From a virus (lineage: Duplodnaviria; Caudoviricetes), in the IMG/VR virus record IMGVR_UViG_3300028735_000004, positions 96,001 through 160,000 of that record: 64,000 nt of DNA; one strand, written 5' to 3'. The stretch's first letter is position 1. Each line of letters begins with the position of its first letter. Under the pieces are notes generated by a model that ran no database searches, had not been told where the DNA came from, and saw nothing but the letters and a program-made list of their open reading frames with translations. Position numbers and translations under genes: made by a program. Shown here one piece after another: positions 22,291-33,950 of this stretch.

Positions 22291-22626
22291 TTACGGATCT
22301 TCTGGTAATGTATCTTTAGATTTTATAATACTTTTAATTGTGCGATAAACATTTCCACCAAGCATACCGGCTACAACGCCAAATATCACTCTTCCACTTA
22401 AAGATTTAACATCGGCTGGGTAAGGATACATTTTTGCAACCAATCCAATTAATCCACCAAATATTATAGGCATTATTGGTAATAAAAGATCTCTCCACCA
22501 TTTTGTTGCATTTGCTTTAGACCAAAAATGTTCTACAACTTTTCTAACAACAAAAACAAAAGCTGCGGTCATTATACAAAACATTACAAAAGAAAAACTT
22601 AATAATATATTAATTATGTTATCCAT
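22291..22626 (-). CDS. Small membrane protein, holin-like
   Basis: 111 aa with three hydrophobic segments and a charged C-tail. Confidence 0.45.
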   Translation of the reverse strand: MDNIINILLSFSFVMFCIMTAAFVFVVRKVVEHFWSKANATKWWRDLLLPIMPIIFGGLIGLVAKMYPYPADVKSLSGRVIFGVVAGMLGGNVYRTIKSIIKSKDTLPEDP

Positions 22627-22635
22627 TTAAACCTC

Positions 22636-23526
22636 TTAAGAAACCCAAATTATCCATAGTATTCCGGGAGCACCATCTCCACCATTACCACCATTTCCTC
22701 CGGTACCAGCTCCTGCACCGGCTCCTCCTCCGCCTCCTCCACCAGATCCATATCCAGTAGCTGAAGCTCCACCAACACCGTCTCCTCCGGCTCCAAAGGC
22801 ATTACCATTTCCACCATTACCACCATCACCAGCTGTAGATATAGGATAATTACTAAGGGCCCCTCCACCTCCAGCACCACCGCCATCTTTACCAGTATCC
22901 GGAGTTCCGTCTATCCCCTGTTCTCCAACGGCACCGCCAGTTTGAGTATATCCAAATAACGGAACACCTGTAAAAGCAGCATTTAAACCTGTGGCTCCGT
23001 ATCTGGCACCATTTCCACCTTGTCCAGGAAGTGTTGGCTGAACAGAAGTTGCTAAAACCGTACCATTAGATCTGACTGATCCAACTCTTTGAAGAAATCT
23101 TGTTGGAGCCCCCCCTAAACTAATTGATTGAGAAGTGGAAAGACCCACATTACTTCCTCCGGCACCACCTGCGGCTCCAACAAAAGTAAATAATGATGTT
23201 ATAACTGTACTACCACCATTACCACCATTACTTCCAGCATTTGGTATTGTTAATCCAGAAACTGCAGTTCCGCCAGAACCTCCGGTACCACCCGTTCCAA
23301 TAGTAATAGTATAAGTTGTTCCTGGAGAAACATTTACAACTGCAAAATTCATCATTGCGGCTCCACCACCGCCTCCACCATCTCCAGAAATTGAATCTCC
23401 GTGGCTTCCAGAACCTCCGCCACCTCCACCGCCTCCACCACAGCCATATAATATAACTGTCTTAACGCCAGCGGGAGCCGTCCAAGTACCATTAGAAGTA
23501 AAAACTTTATATGTTATTTTAGCCAT
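22636..23526 (-). CDS. Glycine-rich virion protein (fibre tip / adhesin-like)
   Basis: 296 aa. FTSNGTWTAPAGVKTVILYGCGGGGGGGGG...GGDGAPGILWIIW, a typical phage Gly-rich domain. Confidence 0.7.
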   Translation of the reverse strand: MAKITYKVFTSNGTWTAPAGVKTVILYGCGGGGGGGGGSGSHGDSISGDGGGGGGAAMMNFAVVNVSPGTTYTITIGTGGTGGSGGTAVSGLTIPNAGSNGGNGGSTVITSLFTFVGAAGGAGGSNVGLSTSQSISLGGAPTRFLQRVGSVRSNGTVLATSVQPTLPGQGGNGARYGATGLNAAFTGVPLFGYTQTGGAVGEQGIDGTPDTGKDGGGAGGGGALSNYPISTAGDGGNGGNGNAFGAGGDGVGGASATGYGSGGGGGGGAGAGAGTGGNGGNGGDGAPGILWIIWVS

Positions 23527-23535
23527 TATTAACCT

Positions 23536-25173
23536 TTAAATAAACCACCAACTATCAACACCATTACTAACTATAGTCCAAGATCCATAATCAGTATTTA
23601 AAATATAATTGGCTGCAAGTCCCTCAATATTTCCGGTACCACCATTTCGTGATAAAGTAATATTATTTGTGCTTGCTAATCCATATATATCTTTGATTAT
23701 AATTTTCCTACCAGCAGTTGCGGAAGAATGAGCTGGTAAATTAATTGTTTTAGCACTGGAAGTATCTACAAATAACAACACATCAGGATAAATATCACTA
23801 TCGACAGTATATGGTGTTGTAGTAATAGTAAGAGGGTTGTATCTTACTGCTCCATAAAATCCAACGCCATATTGATCTACTAAAAATCTGGGTCTGTTAG
23901 AATTTGCAGTTATAGAAAAAACATTATCATTTCTAAAATTATTTCCAAATAATAATGATGTTAATTTAGAAGAAACATTTGTAATAGAAGGGTTAAATCC
24001 CAAAAATAAAAATGTATTATTTACTGATGTGTCTCCTCTATCAACTGTAAAATTATTGTTAGTAATTAAAATTCTACTATAAGATTGAAGCGGTACAGAT
24101 CCGGCAATAGCACTTTCTATATATACAAATAGGGCAACTGTAGTATCATAGCCTAAAATGAAATTATTAGAAGCATTTATATTTGCGGCCGATAATCTTA
24201 ATACGCAATTATTTTCGGGATTAACAAAATCTGAATTTAAATATCCATAAGCTCTCACATAATTGTTTTCAAAATTTAAATAATCTAATACTCCGGTAGA
24301 AGTTGTAGTTCTTACTGGTACAGCGAACCCGTCAATGAAGCAATTTTTAACATTAATAATTGTTCCAGTAGTAGATGGTATAGTTGAATCAGTTGCAATT
24401 GCGTAAGCAGAAACATTTGTTAAAACACTTCCGGAATAAGTTGTTTTACCTATAAATTTAACATATTCACAGGAGAAATGACATCCTTCTTCTACGGAAA
24501 CTAACGCAGTTGGAGTTGCAGTTGCTGTATTTTTAGGAGTTAAATATGCGGTATCTCCCAAAAATCTTGGTTGAATAAAATTATCCGCTATAGTTAAATC
24601 TACAAATTTAGTTTCTTTAGAAAACATAAATCTACCATTAATAGAATCAATATTATCTTCTAATCTGGTAGCGTTTGCCTTTATCTTGAACAATGGTTTA
24701 GGTGTAGAAATAGCGTTAATTATTTTTGTACCAAATCCCTCGCCAACTATAGTTATGCCAGCCGGAACATTAACTGTATCAATAAATTTATAAGTTCCAG
24801 ATTTAATAACTATCACTCCTCCATTTTTAATACGATCGTGTAATGGATTAGAGGTATTATTTAATAAATCATCTAAGTAAAAATTGAACGCTGGAACGGA
24901 TCCATCATAAGGATTATTTGGATCTATCAAATAATTTTTATAAGTATCGTATCCATCACCTACTGATAAAAATGTGCCAGTGAAATTAGATACAAAACCA
25001 GATACTGCATAAAGAAGATCGTATAAATTATTATAATCTGTTGCACGGAAACTTATTGGAGGTAATACATCTATACCATCTGCATTATGACGAAAATCGT
25101 ATCCATCAATATGATTTTGAAAATCGAACCTGTCTGTGGATAATCTTCCCGATCCTCTTTTGAAATTAACCAT
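23536..25173 (-). CDS. Tailspike/fibre protein with pectate-lyase-like beta-helix
   Basis: 545 aa. GGVIVIKSGTYKFIDTVNVPAGITIVGEG head motif; C-terminal TINLPAHSSATAGRKIIIKD fibre motif. Confidence 0.65.
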   Translation of the reverse strand: MVNFKRGSGRLSTDRFDFQNHIDGYDFRHNADGIDVLPPISFRATDYNNLYDLLYAVSGFVSNFTGTFLSVGDGYDTYKNYLIDPNNPYDGSVPAFNFYLDDLLNNTSNPLHDRIKNGGVIVIKSGTYKFIDTVNVPAGITIVGEGFGTKIINAISTPKPLFKIKANATRLEDNIDSINGRFMFSKETKFVDLTIADNFIQPRFLGDTAYLTPKNTATATPTALVSVEEGCHFSCEYVKFIGKTTYSGSVLTNVSAYAIATDSTIPSTTGTIINVKNCFIDGFAVPVRTTTSTGVLDYLNFENNYVRAYGYLNSDFVNPENNCVLRLSAANINASNNFILGYDTTVALFVYIESAIAGSVPLQSYSRILITNNNFTVDRGDTSVNNTFLFLGFNPSITNVSSKLTSLLFGNNFRNDNVFSITANSNRPRFLVDQYGVGFYGAVRYNPLTITTTPYTVDSDIYPDVLLFVDTSSAKTINLPAHSSATAGRKIIIKDIYGLASTNNITLSRNGGTGNIEGLAANYILNTDYGSWTIVSNGVDSWWFI

Positions 25174-25271
25174 AATATCTCCGTGCTAATATTATGCATT
25201 ATTATTATTAAAAATATTTTTTTCAATTATTATAATAACTTTTATTTATATCTATAAATAGGTATTTTAAT

Positions 25272-26705
25272 ATGCAATCCGGATATAATTATTTACCTGT
25301 TGATAATAAATCAAGGTTTATTGTCAAAATATTACAAATAAGGTAATAATTGTATTCGGTATGCCAATTGCGCCTAATAATTCTTATAATTTAATGGCTA
25401 TTCCAGAAGTATCAGAAGCAATCATTAAACATTCATTATTAAAAGGAGAATTAAAACAAGCATTAAGTAGTGCTAAAATACAAATAACATTAACTGATAT
25501 AGATTTAACTACATTTAATATAGATGCTCTTACTGATTTTACAAATTATGGTTTAAGTAATAGTATATATGACGGCACAATATCTGTATTTTCTTTAAAT
25601 AATTTACCACCACCAGTTGATGGATACATTACATTAAGTAATAAAATTTATATATTTTATGGAACTGTAGATATTGGTTTAAATACATATTATTAATTAA
25701 TGATGGAAGCATTCTTATAGGAAGAAGTTCTACTTATGATAAACTTATAGGTAATAGCAATAAACCGTTAATTTTAGTAAATACCCACGAAATTTTTACT
25801 CTTAATAATTTGCAGCTAAATAATCCTTCCGGAATTGGCTTATATATAAATGGGAATTCTACCGGTATATCAACAATAAGTAAAATAAGCGTAATAAATT
25901 GTAAAACATGTATATTTGCAACTGATTATCAATTTCATATTGGACTTCATTAAATATAAATAATTGTTTAACTGGAATTAAATATGATGGATATTGCGAT
26001 TCTTTTTATTTGAATGAAACATTATTTAATAATTTTCAATATAATGGAACTATGCTTGATATTAATTCAAATACATTAAATATTAATAATATTTTTATTA
26101 ATAGTTTATTTATAACAACTAACAGTACTCATAAAGCAATATTATGGTCTGGCGCTAATTTATCTCGTGGATTTTTGGAATCAAATACTTTTAGTGGTCC
26201 AGGATCTTATATTAATTTTCAAAAATCAAATATTTATTGGCACATCGATTCTAACAATGGAATAGTAGACGGGGCAATAGTTGCTGACTTAAGATATACG
26301 GCCATTACTCCAGTTGGATGGACTAACCTTGGACAAAATAATTGGGTAGATATTCCTGGTACCTTTGCATTATCTCCTGTTACAGAAAGATTCATTCAAT
26401 ATGTACCCAATACCGGAGAGCTTCAGTATATAGGTTTAGAAGATATTGAAATAATGATTACCGGTTTAGCCGCAGTAGAGGCAAGTAGCGGAAATCCAAT
26501 ATTTGGAATATGTGTAGCAATTAACGATGCGGAACAGGCTAACTCAGAAATAATAGCTTAGTTAGCCAATCAATCTCGAATTTTATCTATATCTTATATA
26601 ATTCAAATCAAGAAAAATGATAGAATTAAATTAAGATTAAGAAATAGAACGAGTGCTTCAAATGCATCGGTTCATTCCGCTATGTTAATGACACATAGAT
26701 TATAA
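25272..26705 (+). pseudogene. Disrupted virion decoration/fibre gene (N-domain paralogous to 58445..59044; beta-helix; C1q/BclA-like C-terminus)
   Basis: One protein can be reconstructed from ATG 25272 to TAA 26705 across three single-base deletions (~25326, ~25688, ~25932) and an in-frame TAG at 26559-26561; includes track ORFs 25361..25696 and 26010..26561. Confidence 0.75.
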
Positions 26706-28025
26706 TTATTGTAAATTATTTTTAAATGCTGTTAATAATGGATTTTTGTCTTGCGCTCCGGATAAATAACCTTGATTGATAGTCCAAATCATTGCTCCGC
26801 CAAGATTATTTTGTTTTATATACTGTGATTTAAGAGCAATAGATTGTGGATCTTCATAACTTATGTAAGAGCATCCGTTTGGACCTAACGCTGTATTAAA
26901 CGAAAGATAAGGAACATATGCGTTATTATCCCATTTAAGAGCATTTTGATTATAATATAAATTCATAATATTTGTATATGACATATCATTATCGCCAGCC
27001 ACTATCCAAGAACCGTTTAAATCTTGTAACGGCGCAGTTACTGGAGGAGAATAACATAAACCATAAAATCCAGAACCAACTCCAATCTTTTTAGACGGTA
27101 ATCCTTTATTTAAATAATATTTAACAGAGCCATCTATTGACATTGGTGTTGATAAACTTTGATGATATAAGGCACTTGAATGCCAGGTTTTCCAACCATC
27201 ATAAGGACCAGCCATACCATAAGACATAATATTAAATTGATCTACATATGGTATCATTGGTGGATATGATGCAACCTGCTCTCCCAAATTAACATTAATA
27301 GAATTAACTGGTACTGTAATAATAGCATTAGGGTGGGCGAGTTTAATTTGTTGAACAATTTCTAATAACATTGGGGCATCAACATCATATGCCGGTTCCC
27401 AATCTAAATCAATACCATCGTAATTATATTTAGTAATAAGATTATTTATATTACTAATGAATTTAACTTTATTATTTGTCATAGCATAAACAAATCCCGC
27501 TCTTGTTCCAGCACCACCAATAGATGCCAATGCTTTTTTATTATTTGAATGAGCAGCCTGGGTGATTGAATTTGCTAAAGCCGGTCCATTTACATTATCA
27601 ATAAATAATGATTCATCTAAAGTTCCATCATTTTTTGGTAAATAAAATGCGACAGCTAAATGAGTTAAAGATGACCAATCTATAGCATTAACTGGATAAA
27701 TCCAAGTTTGATAACCAGCATAATATCCAGTAATCCAGTAATTGGAGGTACCAGAATCAATTGGTAAAACATCTGACGAACTATCTATTAAAACATCTGT
27801 TGAGGCGTCTGATAAAGAACTATCACTTGTGTCCGACATTACATCTAAAGATGAATCGTAAATAACAGAAGAATCTAAAACAGTTCCAGCATCTTTCCTT
27901 CTTCTAATTTTATGTGCATCTATAGTATTTTCTGAATCAGAAACAACTGGTCCTGCACAAGCACCAATTAAACCAAATGCAAAAATGAATGGAAGAGCTG
28001 AAATATAAAATGATTTTCTTAACAT
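26706..28025 (-). CDS. GH18 glycoside hydrolase (chitinase-like) with lipoprotein-type signal and Asp/Ser-rich linker
   Basis: Catalytic DGIDLDWE (DxxDxDxE) intact; SIGG, MSYG and GGAMIW motifs; hydrophobic N-terminus ending LIGAC. Confidence 0.9.
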   Translation of the reverse strand: MLRKSFYISALPFIFAFGLIGACAGPVVSDSENTIDAHKIRRRKDAGTVLDSSVIYDSSLDVMSDTSDSSLSDASTDVLIDSSSDVLPIDSGTSNYWITGYYAGYQTWIYPVNAIDWSSLTHLAVAFYLPKNDGTLDESLFIDNVNGPALANSITQAAHSNNKKALASIGGAGTRAGFVYAMTNNKVKFISNINNLITKYNYDGIDLDWEPAYDVDAPMLLEIVQQIKLAHPNAIITVPVNSINVNLGEQVASYPPMIPYVDQFNIMSYGMAGPYDGWKTWHSSALYHQSLSTPMSIDGSVKYYLNKGLPSKKIGVGSGFYGLCYSPPVTAPLQDLNGSWIVAGDNDMSYTNIMNLYYNQNALKWDNNAYVPYLSFNTALGPNGCSYISYEDPQSIALKSQYIKQNNLGGAMIWTINQGYLSGAQDKNPLLTAFKNNLQ

Positions 28026-28087
28026 TATTTCTCCTAAGTTGAATTCGAAATCTACTATAACAGTAGATAGAAGAAATAATTATAATA

Positions 28088-29689
28088 TTATATAATCAAA
28101 GCGTGTGTATGACCTAATTCTGGCTCTACCCTTAAAATACCAGATATAGGATCTCGACTAACCACATGCGAATGTCCTTGATCTTGACTTGTTATTTGGG
28201 CAAAAGTAATAGGATTTTTTTCATTTACAACTATAGTATGTGTGTGAGGAGGAATGCCAGGAATTGCTGAGCCTGAACCAGTCGTAATGGTATTTGGAAA
28301 CATTGCTGTATTTCTAAATACTTTAATTTGATAAGCAGGATCTGTTTTACGAATTCTTTGTAAAGTAAGTTTTTGCGAACCAGAATAACTGTTTAAAAGT
28401 TTATTTCTATTGACCGAAATAACTTCATATCTAAATTCATCGTTATCAATTTCATCAAATCTAACAATAATATCTCTACTTTTAATAGCCGGGATAACGA
28501 GCGTCCAAGATCGTGCATTAAATTCACTTTCCATACCATTTTCGGTTGTTTTAACTTGATCTTCAGCCGGCTCAAATCTCATCATTATACGACTGTCAGA
28601 TCTTCTTGGATTAAAATATTGCTGATATCCTACAACCATACCTGTTCCATAACATTTAATACATCTATTTTCTGGATATTCTCGTCCAGGAATGTAGCAA
28701 TCACAAGTTATACCGGTCCAAACTCTTTTAATCAATACTACGGGCTCACCAGTTAAATCTAATAATTGCTCTTGGCGTTGAGTATTAATGTCTTGTAAAT
28801 TCATTCCTCTCAAAATTCTACCGACTCCATCATAACCATCGGCACAATAATATTCTCCTCCAATATAACTACCTACGCATTCTCCGTTTAATAAAGCAAC
28901 CGGATCTGTTCTGTGCCATCCACTATAATCGTAGGAGGGAAAATCTGCATTAGAGGTATCACTGGCTGACAAATCGGTATTTAATAAATCTTTTGTTTTT
29001 TGATGATATCCATCCGCAATAGTAAATGAATAATTTCCAGAATCAAATCTATTTTGTGATTCATATACTACTGTGTTTTGATCTTCATCGAAAACTGGCC
29101 AAAAAACAACTTTAGGATCCCAATAAGTATAACCATCATAACCGTCAATGTTATGGATAGCTACAGTTGTATCAGAATAACCTCTTTGAGCAGAGCTTAT
29201 TAATACTAAATTATTTCCAGATACATAAGAATAATTGATTAATTCGCCACCAATTTTAACTGTTCCCCCAGATATCGGAAATAAATCTGCATCAATTAAA
29301 GGTACAATTAAATCATTTTCTAAAATATTAGCCGCCAATAAACTTTCTGGATAAAATCTTAAACCATTAAAAGTTTGTGGTAAATTTTGTAAATCAAAAA
29401 AAGTAGAATTATATTCAACAGCTCTAACTGCAAAATGATATAAATATCCTGGGGTTAAATCTAATATGGTAGCAGTTGTTGCTGTACCTATAGAAATAAA
29501 AGAAGGTGTTTTATTAAAATAGTCAGTTTCAAAAACAAAAGGTTCTGTATCTACATAAATGTGATACGCTATGGAGTTGCTGCGATTTGATGGATAAGCA
29601 CTATACCACTCTAATTTTATAGAATATCCATCTCCTAAAGACTGAACTCTTTTTAATCCTGCATTTACCGGGTTTAAATAATAAACCAT
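28088..29689 (-). CDS. Head-tail joining / neck protein with Fn3-like N-domain
   Basis: 533 aa. YHFAVRAVE (Fn3-like); TGEPVVLIKR...CDC...CIKCYGTG head-closure-like region; three C-terminal HxH motifs. Confidence 0.55.
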   Translation of the reverse strand: MVYYLNPVNAGLKRVQSLGDGYSIKLEWYSAYPSNRSNSIAYHIYVDTEPFVFETDYFNKTPSFISIGTATTATILDLTPGYLYHFAVRAVEYNSTFFDLQNLPQTFNGLRFYPESLLAANILENDLIVPLIDADLFPISGGTVKIGGELINYSYVSGNNLVLISSAQRGYSDTTVAIHNIDGYDGYTYWDPKVVFWPVFDEDQNTVVYESQNRFDSGNYSFTIADGYHQKTKDLLNTDLSASDTSNADFPSYDYSGWHRTDPVALLNGECVGSYIGGEYYCADGYDGVGRILRGMNLQDINTQRQEQLLDLTGEPVVLIKRVWTGITCDCYIPGREYPENRCIKCYGTGMVVGYQQYFNPRRSDSRIMMRFEPAEDQVKTTENGMESEFNARSWTLVIPAIKSRDIIVRFDEIDNDEFRYEVISVNRNKLLNSYSGSQKLTLQRIRKTDPAYQIKVFRNTAMFPNTITTGSGSAIPGIPPHTHTIVVNEKNPITFAQITSQDQGHSHVVSRDPISGILRVEPELGHTHALII

Positions 29690-29701
29690 TTAGCCTCAAA
29701 G

Positions 29702-29714
29702 AAATGCGATATTA

Positions 29715-29717
<3 letters not shown>
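29702..29717 (-). promoter_or_regulatory. 16-bp upstream element TAATAATATCGCATTT (copy 1)
   Basis: Identical to 33925..33940; both lie 12-18 nt before a minus-strand ATG; variant near 36833-36850. Confidence 0.45.
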
Positions 29718-30309
<592 letters not shown>

Positions 30310-30310
<1 letters not shown>

Positions 30311-33300
30311 TATACGCCTAATATTATTCTTCTTAATTGCCTAATAAATGATTGTTTTAATTGCTCTGTTTGTTGAGGTATTATCTCGTCCTTAAGAGCA
30401 GTTGTATCAAATTTGGGGGATAATAAATCAATGCTGCTTTTTTCATTAAAATCTGTATAAAAATTTCTTTTGGAAGGAGTTAAAACTCTTTTATCAAAAT
30501 ATCTTGGATCTTGACCATCTATTTTATATGTTTTAAATTTATTTCCTTCTTTATCTATTTTAGAATAACCTTTACCTGATAAGAAATATTTAACTTTTAA
30601 TTTATTTTTTGCATTTTGAGCAAGATATGCATAAGCCTTATCTAAATCTACGCGACTATTTCTAACATTTAATGCATTTTCTTCAACATTATCTAATATA
30701 TAACTATTATCTTCTGGAACATAATAAAAATAACTTTGAGATAAAAGTTTCCATTGACCTTCTGGATTTTTGTATTCTAAGATAAGAACTCCAGCTAAAG
30801 GATTAATAAAGGAATCCCGAGCTGCAACTTCTCCGTATCCGCCAATTCTTTGACAACAATTTGTCTCTATACCTACTCTTAACATTCTCGGATCTTTATC
30901 TTTTAAAACTCTAAATCTTAAATTATCAAATATTTGAAGATCTAATTTAAATAGTTGTTTATTTTTTGGTTTATAGTCTGCCAAAAATTCTTTAATCACA
31001 TTAGCATTTTCTAATGTTTCAAGGTCGGTTTCAAATGTCGCCACCGCTTCTTTAATCTTATTAAAATCAGGATCTTATAAAGATAAAATACGATTTTCAT
31101 TACCTATTTTTTCAATTAATAATAAATTTTCTTTAAAATTTTGACTTATATATTTTTTTCTTTTCAATTCTGTTAATAATGTACCTAAATCTTTAATTAA
31201 TTTTTTAGAGCCGCCTTTATTCATTATTCCAAGATAAGCATTTAAAAATTTTGCAACTATATCTAAAGATTTTCTATTTATAAAATTTTTACTTTTAATA
31301 ATTTTTATAATAATATTTTTATCAACATTTCCAAATTTATTATGTATATCAGATATAAAACTCTGTAAAGAACCAGTATCTTTAGCAAGAGTATCTAAAC
31401 TTCTGATAACAGATAGGTAAATATCGATAGTATCATCTTCATTGTTACTAAAATCTAAATCTTCTTGAATTTTGTAACAGAATCGAAAATTATATCAAAA
31501 TTCTCTTCACATAAATTAACAAAACTATTATTATTTAATTTGCCAAATTTTTCTAATAATTTTACTATTATTTTAAAAGTAGTAATTTGAAAAGAACTTG
31601 GATTTGTAATAATTGATATTTTGTCTAAATCATAATTTTTATATAAATTTTTAATTAAAAATAATAATAAATCTTTTGGAATAAAAGATAATTTTTCTTG
31701 AGATATTTTTAAAATATTTTCTATATTTAATTTTGGCACGCTTGAGACAATATTGAAAATTTTATTAATTTTATTTTTAGGATGCTCCATATATCTACAT
31801 CCTTCAATTCTGGAATAATCATTTGCTGAAGGAAAAGATTCTCGAAAAATTATAGCCACATTTTGTGCAGCAAGATTGTCAAGATATTGGGTTGTTATTT
31901 TGTTATAATCATCTAATTGTAAATAATAAGGTAATCTTATTTTTGTGGTTGGATAAGCTAAATTATAAAATAAGTTTTTTAATAAAAGCAATATGTATTT
32001 ATAATAAAAAACAATAGCGGTATTATTTTCTGGGTTGGCGGGATTTTCTTGAAAGTTTCTGTCTGGATATTCCTGCTGAAACATTCTTTTAATTGTAATT
32101 AAATATGATTTTAAATCTATCCCAGCAAATTTTTTATATATAGGATCTAAAGAGGCAATAATAGAATTTATTTCCTGATCTAATTGTAGAAGGTATTTTT
32201 CATCATCTTCAAAATGAAATTGATCTAAATCTTTACTTTTTTTATATTTAGGTATGGCTAATATTTTTTTACTTAATTGTTCGGTATCTTTAAATTTTTC
32301 TAAATCTAATCTAATTAATTTTAACCTATTAGATATTTTTTCATCTAATATATCATCTGCTTCTTTCCTAAGATTAGTTTCAAGTTTGTCGAGAATATGG
32401 TGCTTGACTTTAAAAGTGGCGGCAAGCCCCGCTTTCTCATAAATCTCCTTATATGTTTTAATTTTTTCAATTTCAGATACATCGAAACCTAACCCGCCCC
32501 TGACATATCCATTTTCTACATTTTGAATTTTATTTATTATTTCATATACTAATTCGCGTTTTTGATCAGCGGCATTTTCATCCATAAATTTTAAAAATTT
32601 TTGATTTTCTTCATCAGATAAAAATTCATCCATTGATTTTTTAATAAATTTTTCTAAATATGGTAATAATTTTTTGCGTTTATCATAATCTTCAATTATA
32701 TTATTGAATTGAGAAATTAAATTAGTAATTTTGTTTATTTTTTCATCAAAATTTAAAGCATTAATATTAAATAAAGATAATTTTAAATCAAATCCATAAG
32801 TATATGCTTTAGTTCCAAAAAAGTATCCTATTTTTTTAGAAACTGACTTAACAATTAATTCAGCAATATTTTTAAATAACTGTTCATATGTTAAATTATC
32901 GTAATTAAAATTAATGTCCGTTGATGCTAATTCGTTTGCTTCTTTATATTTTTGATAGAACACTTTACCAATTTCTTGAAGCTCTTTATATTTATTTATT
33001 ATTTGATCTTTCAGATCATCTGACAAATTTTCATCTATTTTAAGTATGTTTTTATATTTCTCAATTTTTTTTTTGATTATAAGTACTATAATTATAATAA
33101 CTATAATAATTTTGACTATTTCTTATATTTTTTTGATGCTCAATTTCTTCTTGTAATTTTTGTTTTCTTTCTTCTGGTATTTTATTTAATTTTATGTGTT
33201 CTTTCTCAATGTCTGGAAAATTTAAATTTAACTCTTCAGGTTTTTTTGGAAGCTTTTCATATTTTTCATAAGAACTTGGTATTTTACTAACAGTTTGGTT

Positions 33301-33405
33301 AGTGTCATAATCTACTTTATCTACAAATAATAAACCTTGCTGACTATTATTATAAGGAGTTAATTTCTCATCTAATTTGGTGTGCTGTGATACTTTTTTA
33401 ATCAT
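30310..33405 (-). pseudogene. ~1030-aa hypothetical protein split into four pieces
   Basis: Track ORFs of 114, 523 and 244 aa plus 31078-31470 join across an A10 frameshift (33065-33074), an A4 frameshift (31470-31473) and an in-frame TAA (31075-31077); C-domain has ETNCCQRIGG. Confidence 0.75.
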
Positions 33406-33907
33406 CTAATCTTTCCATTAAAACTTGTTCTTTGTCTTTTCGCTCTTTACCATTAAATTTGTGATGATCTAATAAATGATCAACATATTTTTGAGCCTCA
33501 TTTTCGCCAAATTGCTCATCAATATATTCTATTTGATGTTTAAATGCTTCTTCTTCATATGGATTATCCAGATAATTACCATCATCTGCACTTTGCGTTG
33601 GTTTATCAGAATAAAGCTGCTGATGATGATGAATTAATTCGTGCTGTAAATAATGTATATCTTTAAAAAAATCACCATCAATTAATAATTTATAATTTAA
33701 GGTAATTACTCCTTTTTCGGTTCTTGCGGAAACCGGCAAATCACCAAACTTTACCGGAACTAAATCAATAAAATCTTCTTCTAAATTATTTTCTTTACAA
33801 AAATCTTTATAACTATCTTGTTTTTTAAGATATTCCTTGGCTCTATTAATTAAAGATAATAAAACCTTTGGCGGCAATTTTTTAACAGTTTCTAAAGATA
33901 ATTTCAT
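33398..33907 (-). CDS. Zincin-like metallopeptidase domain protein
   Basis: 169 aa; HELIH plus downstream YLDNPYEEEAF. Confidence 0.65.
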   Translation of the reverse strand: MKLSLETVKKLPPKVLLSLINRAKEYLKKQDSYKDFCKENNLEEDFIDLVPVKFGDLPVSARTEKGVITLNYKLLIDGDFFKDIHYLQHELIHHHQQLYSDKPTQSADDGNYLDNPYEEEAFKHQIEYIDEQFGENEAQKYVDHLLDHHKFNGKERKDKEQVLMERLDD

Positions 33908-33924
33908 CGCACACTTCTACATAT

Positions 33925-33940
33925 AAATGCGATATTATTA
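33925..33940 (-). promoter_or_regulatory. 16-bp upstream element TAATAATATCGCATTT (copy 2)
   Basis: Identical to 29702..29717. Confidence 0.45.
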
Positions 33941-33950
33941 AATGCTTAAA

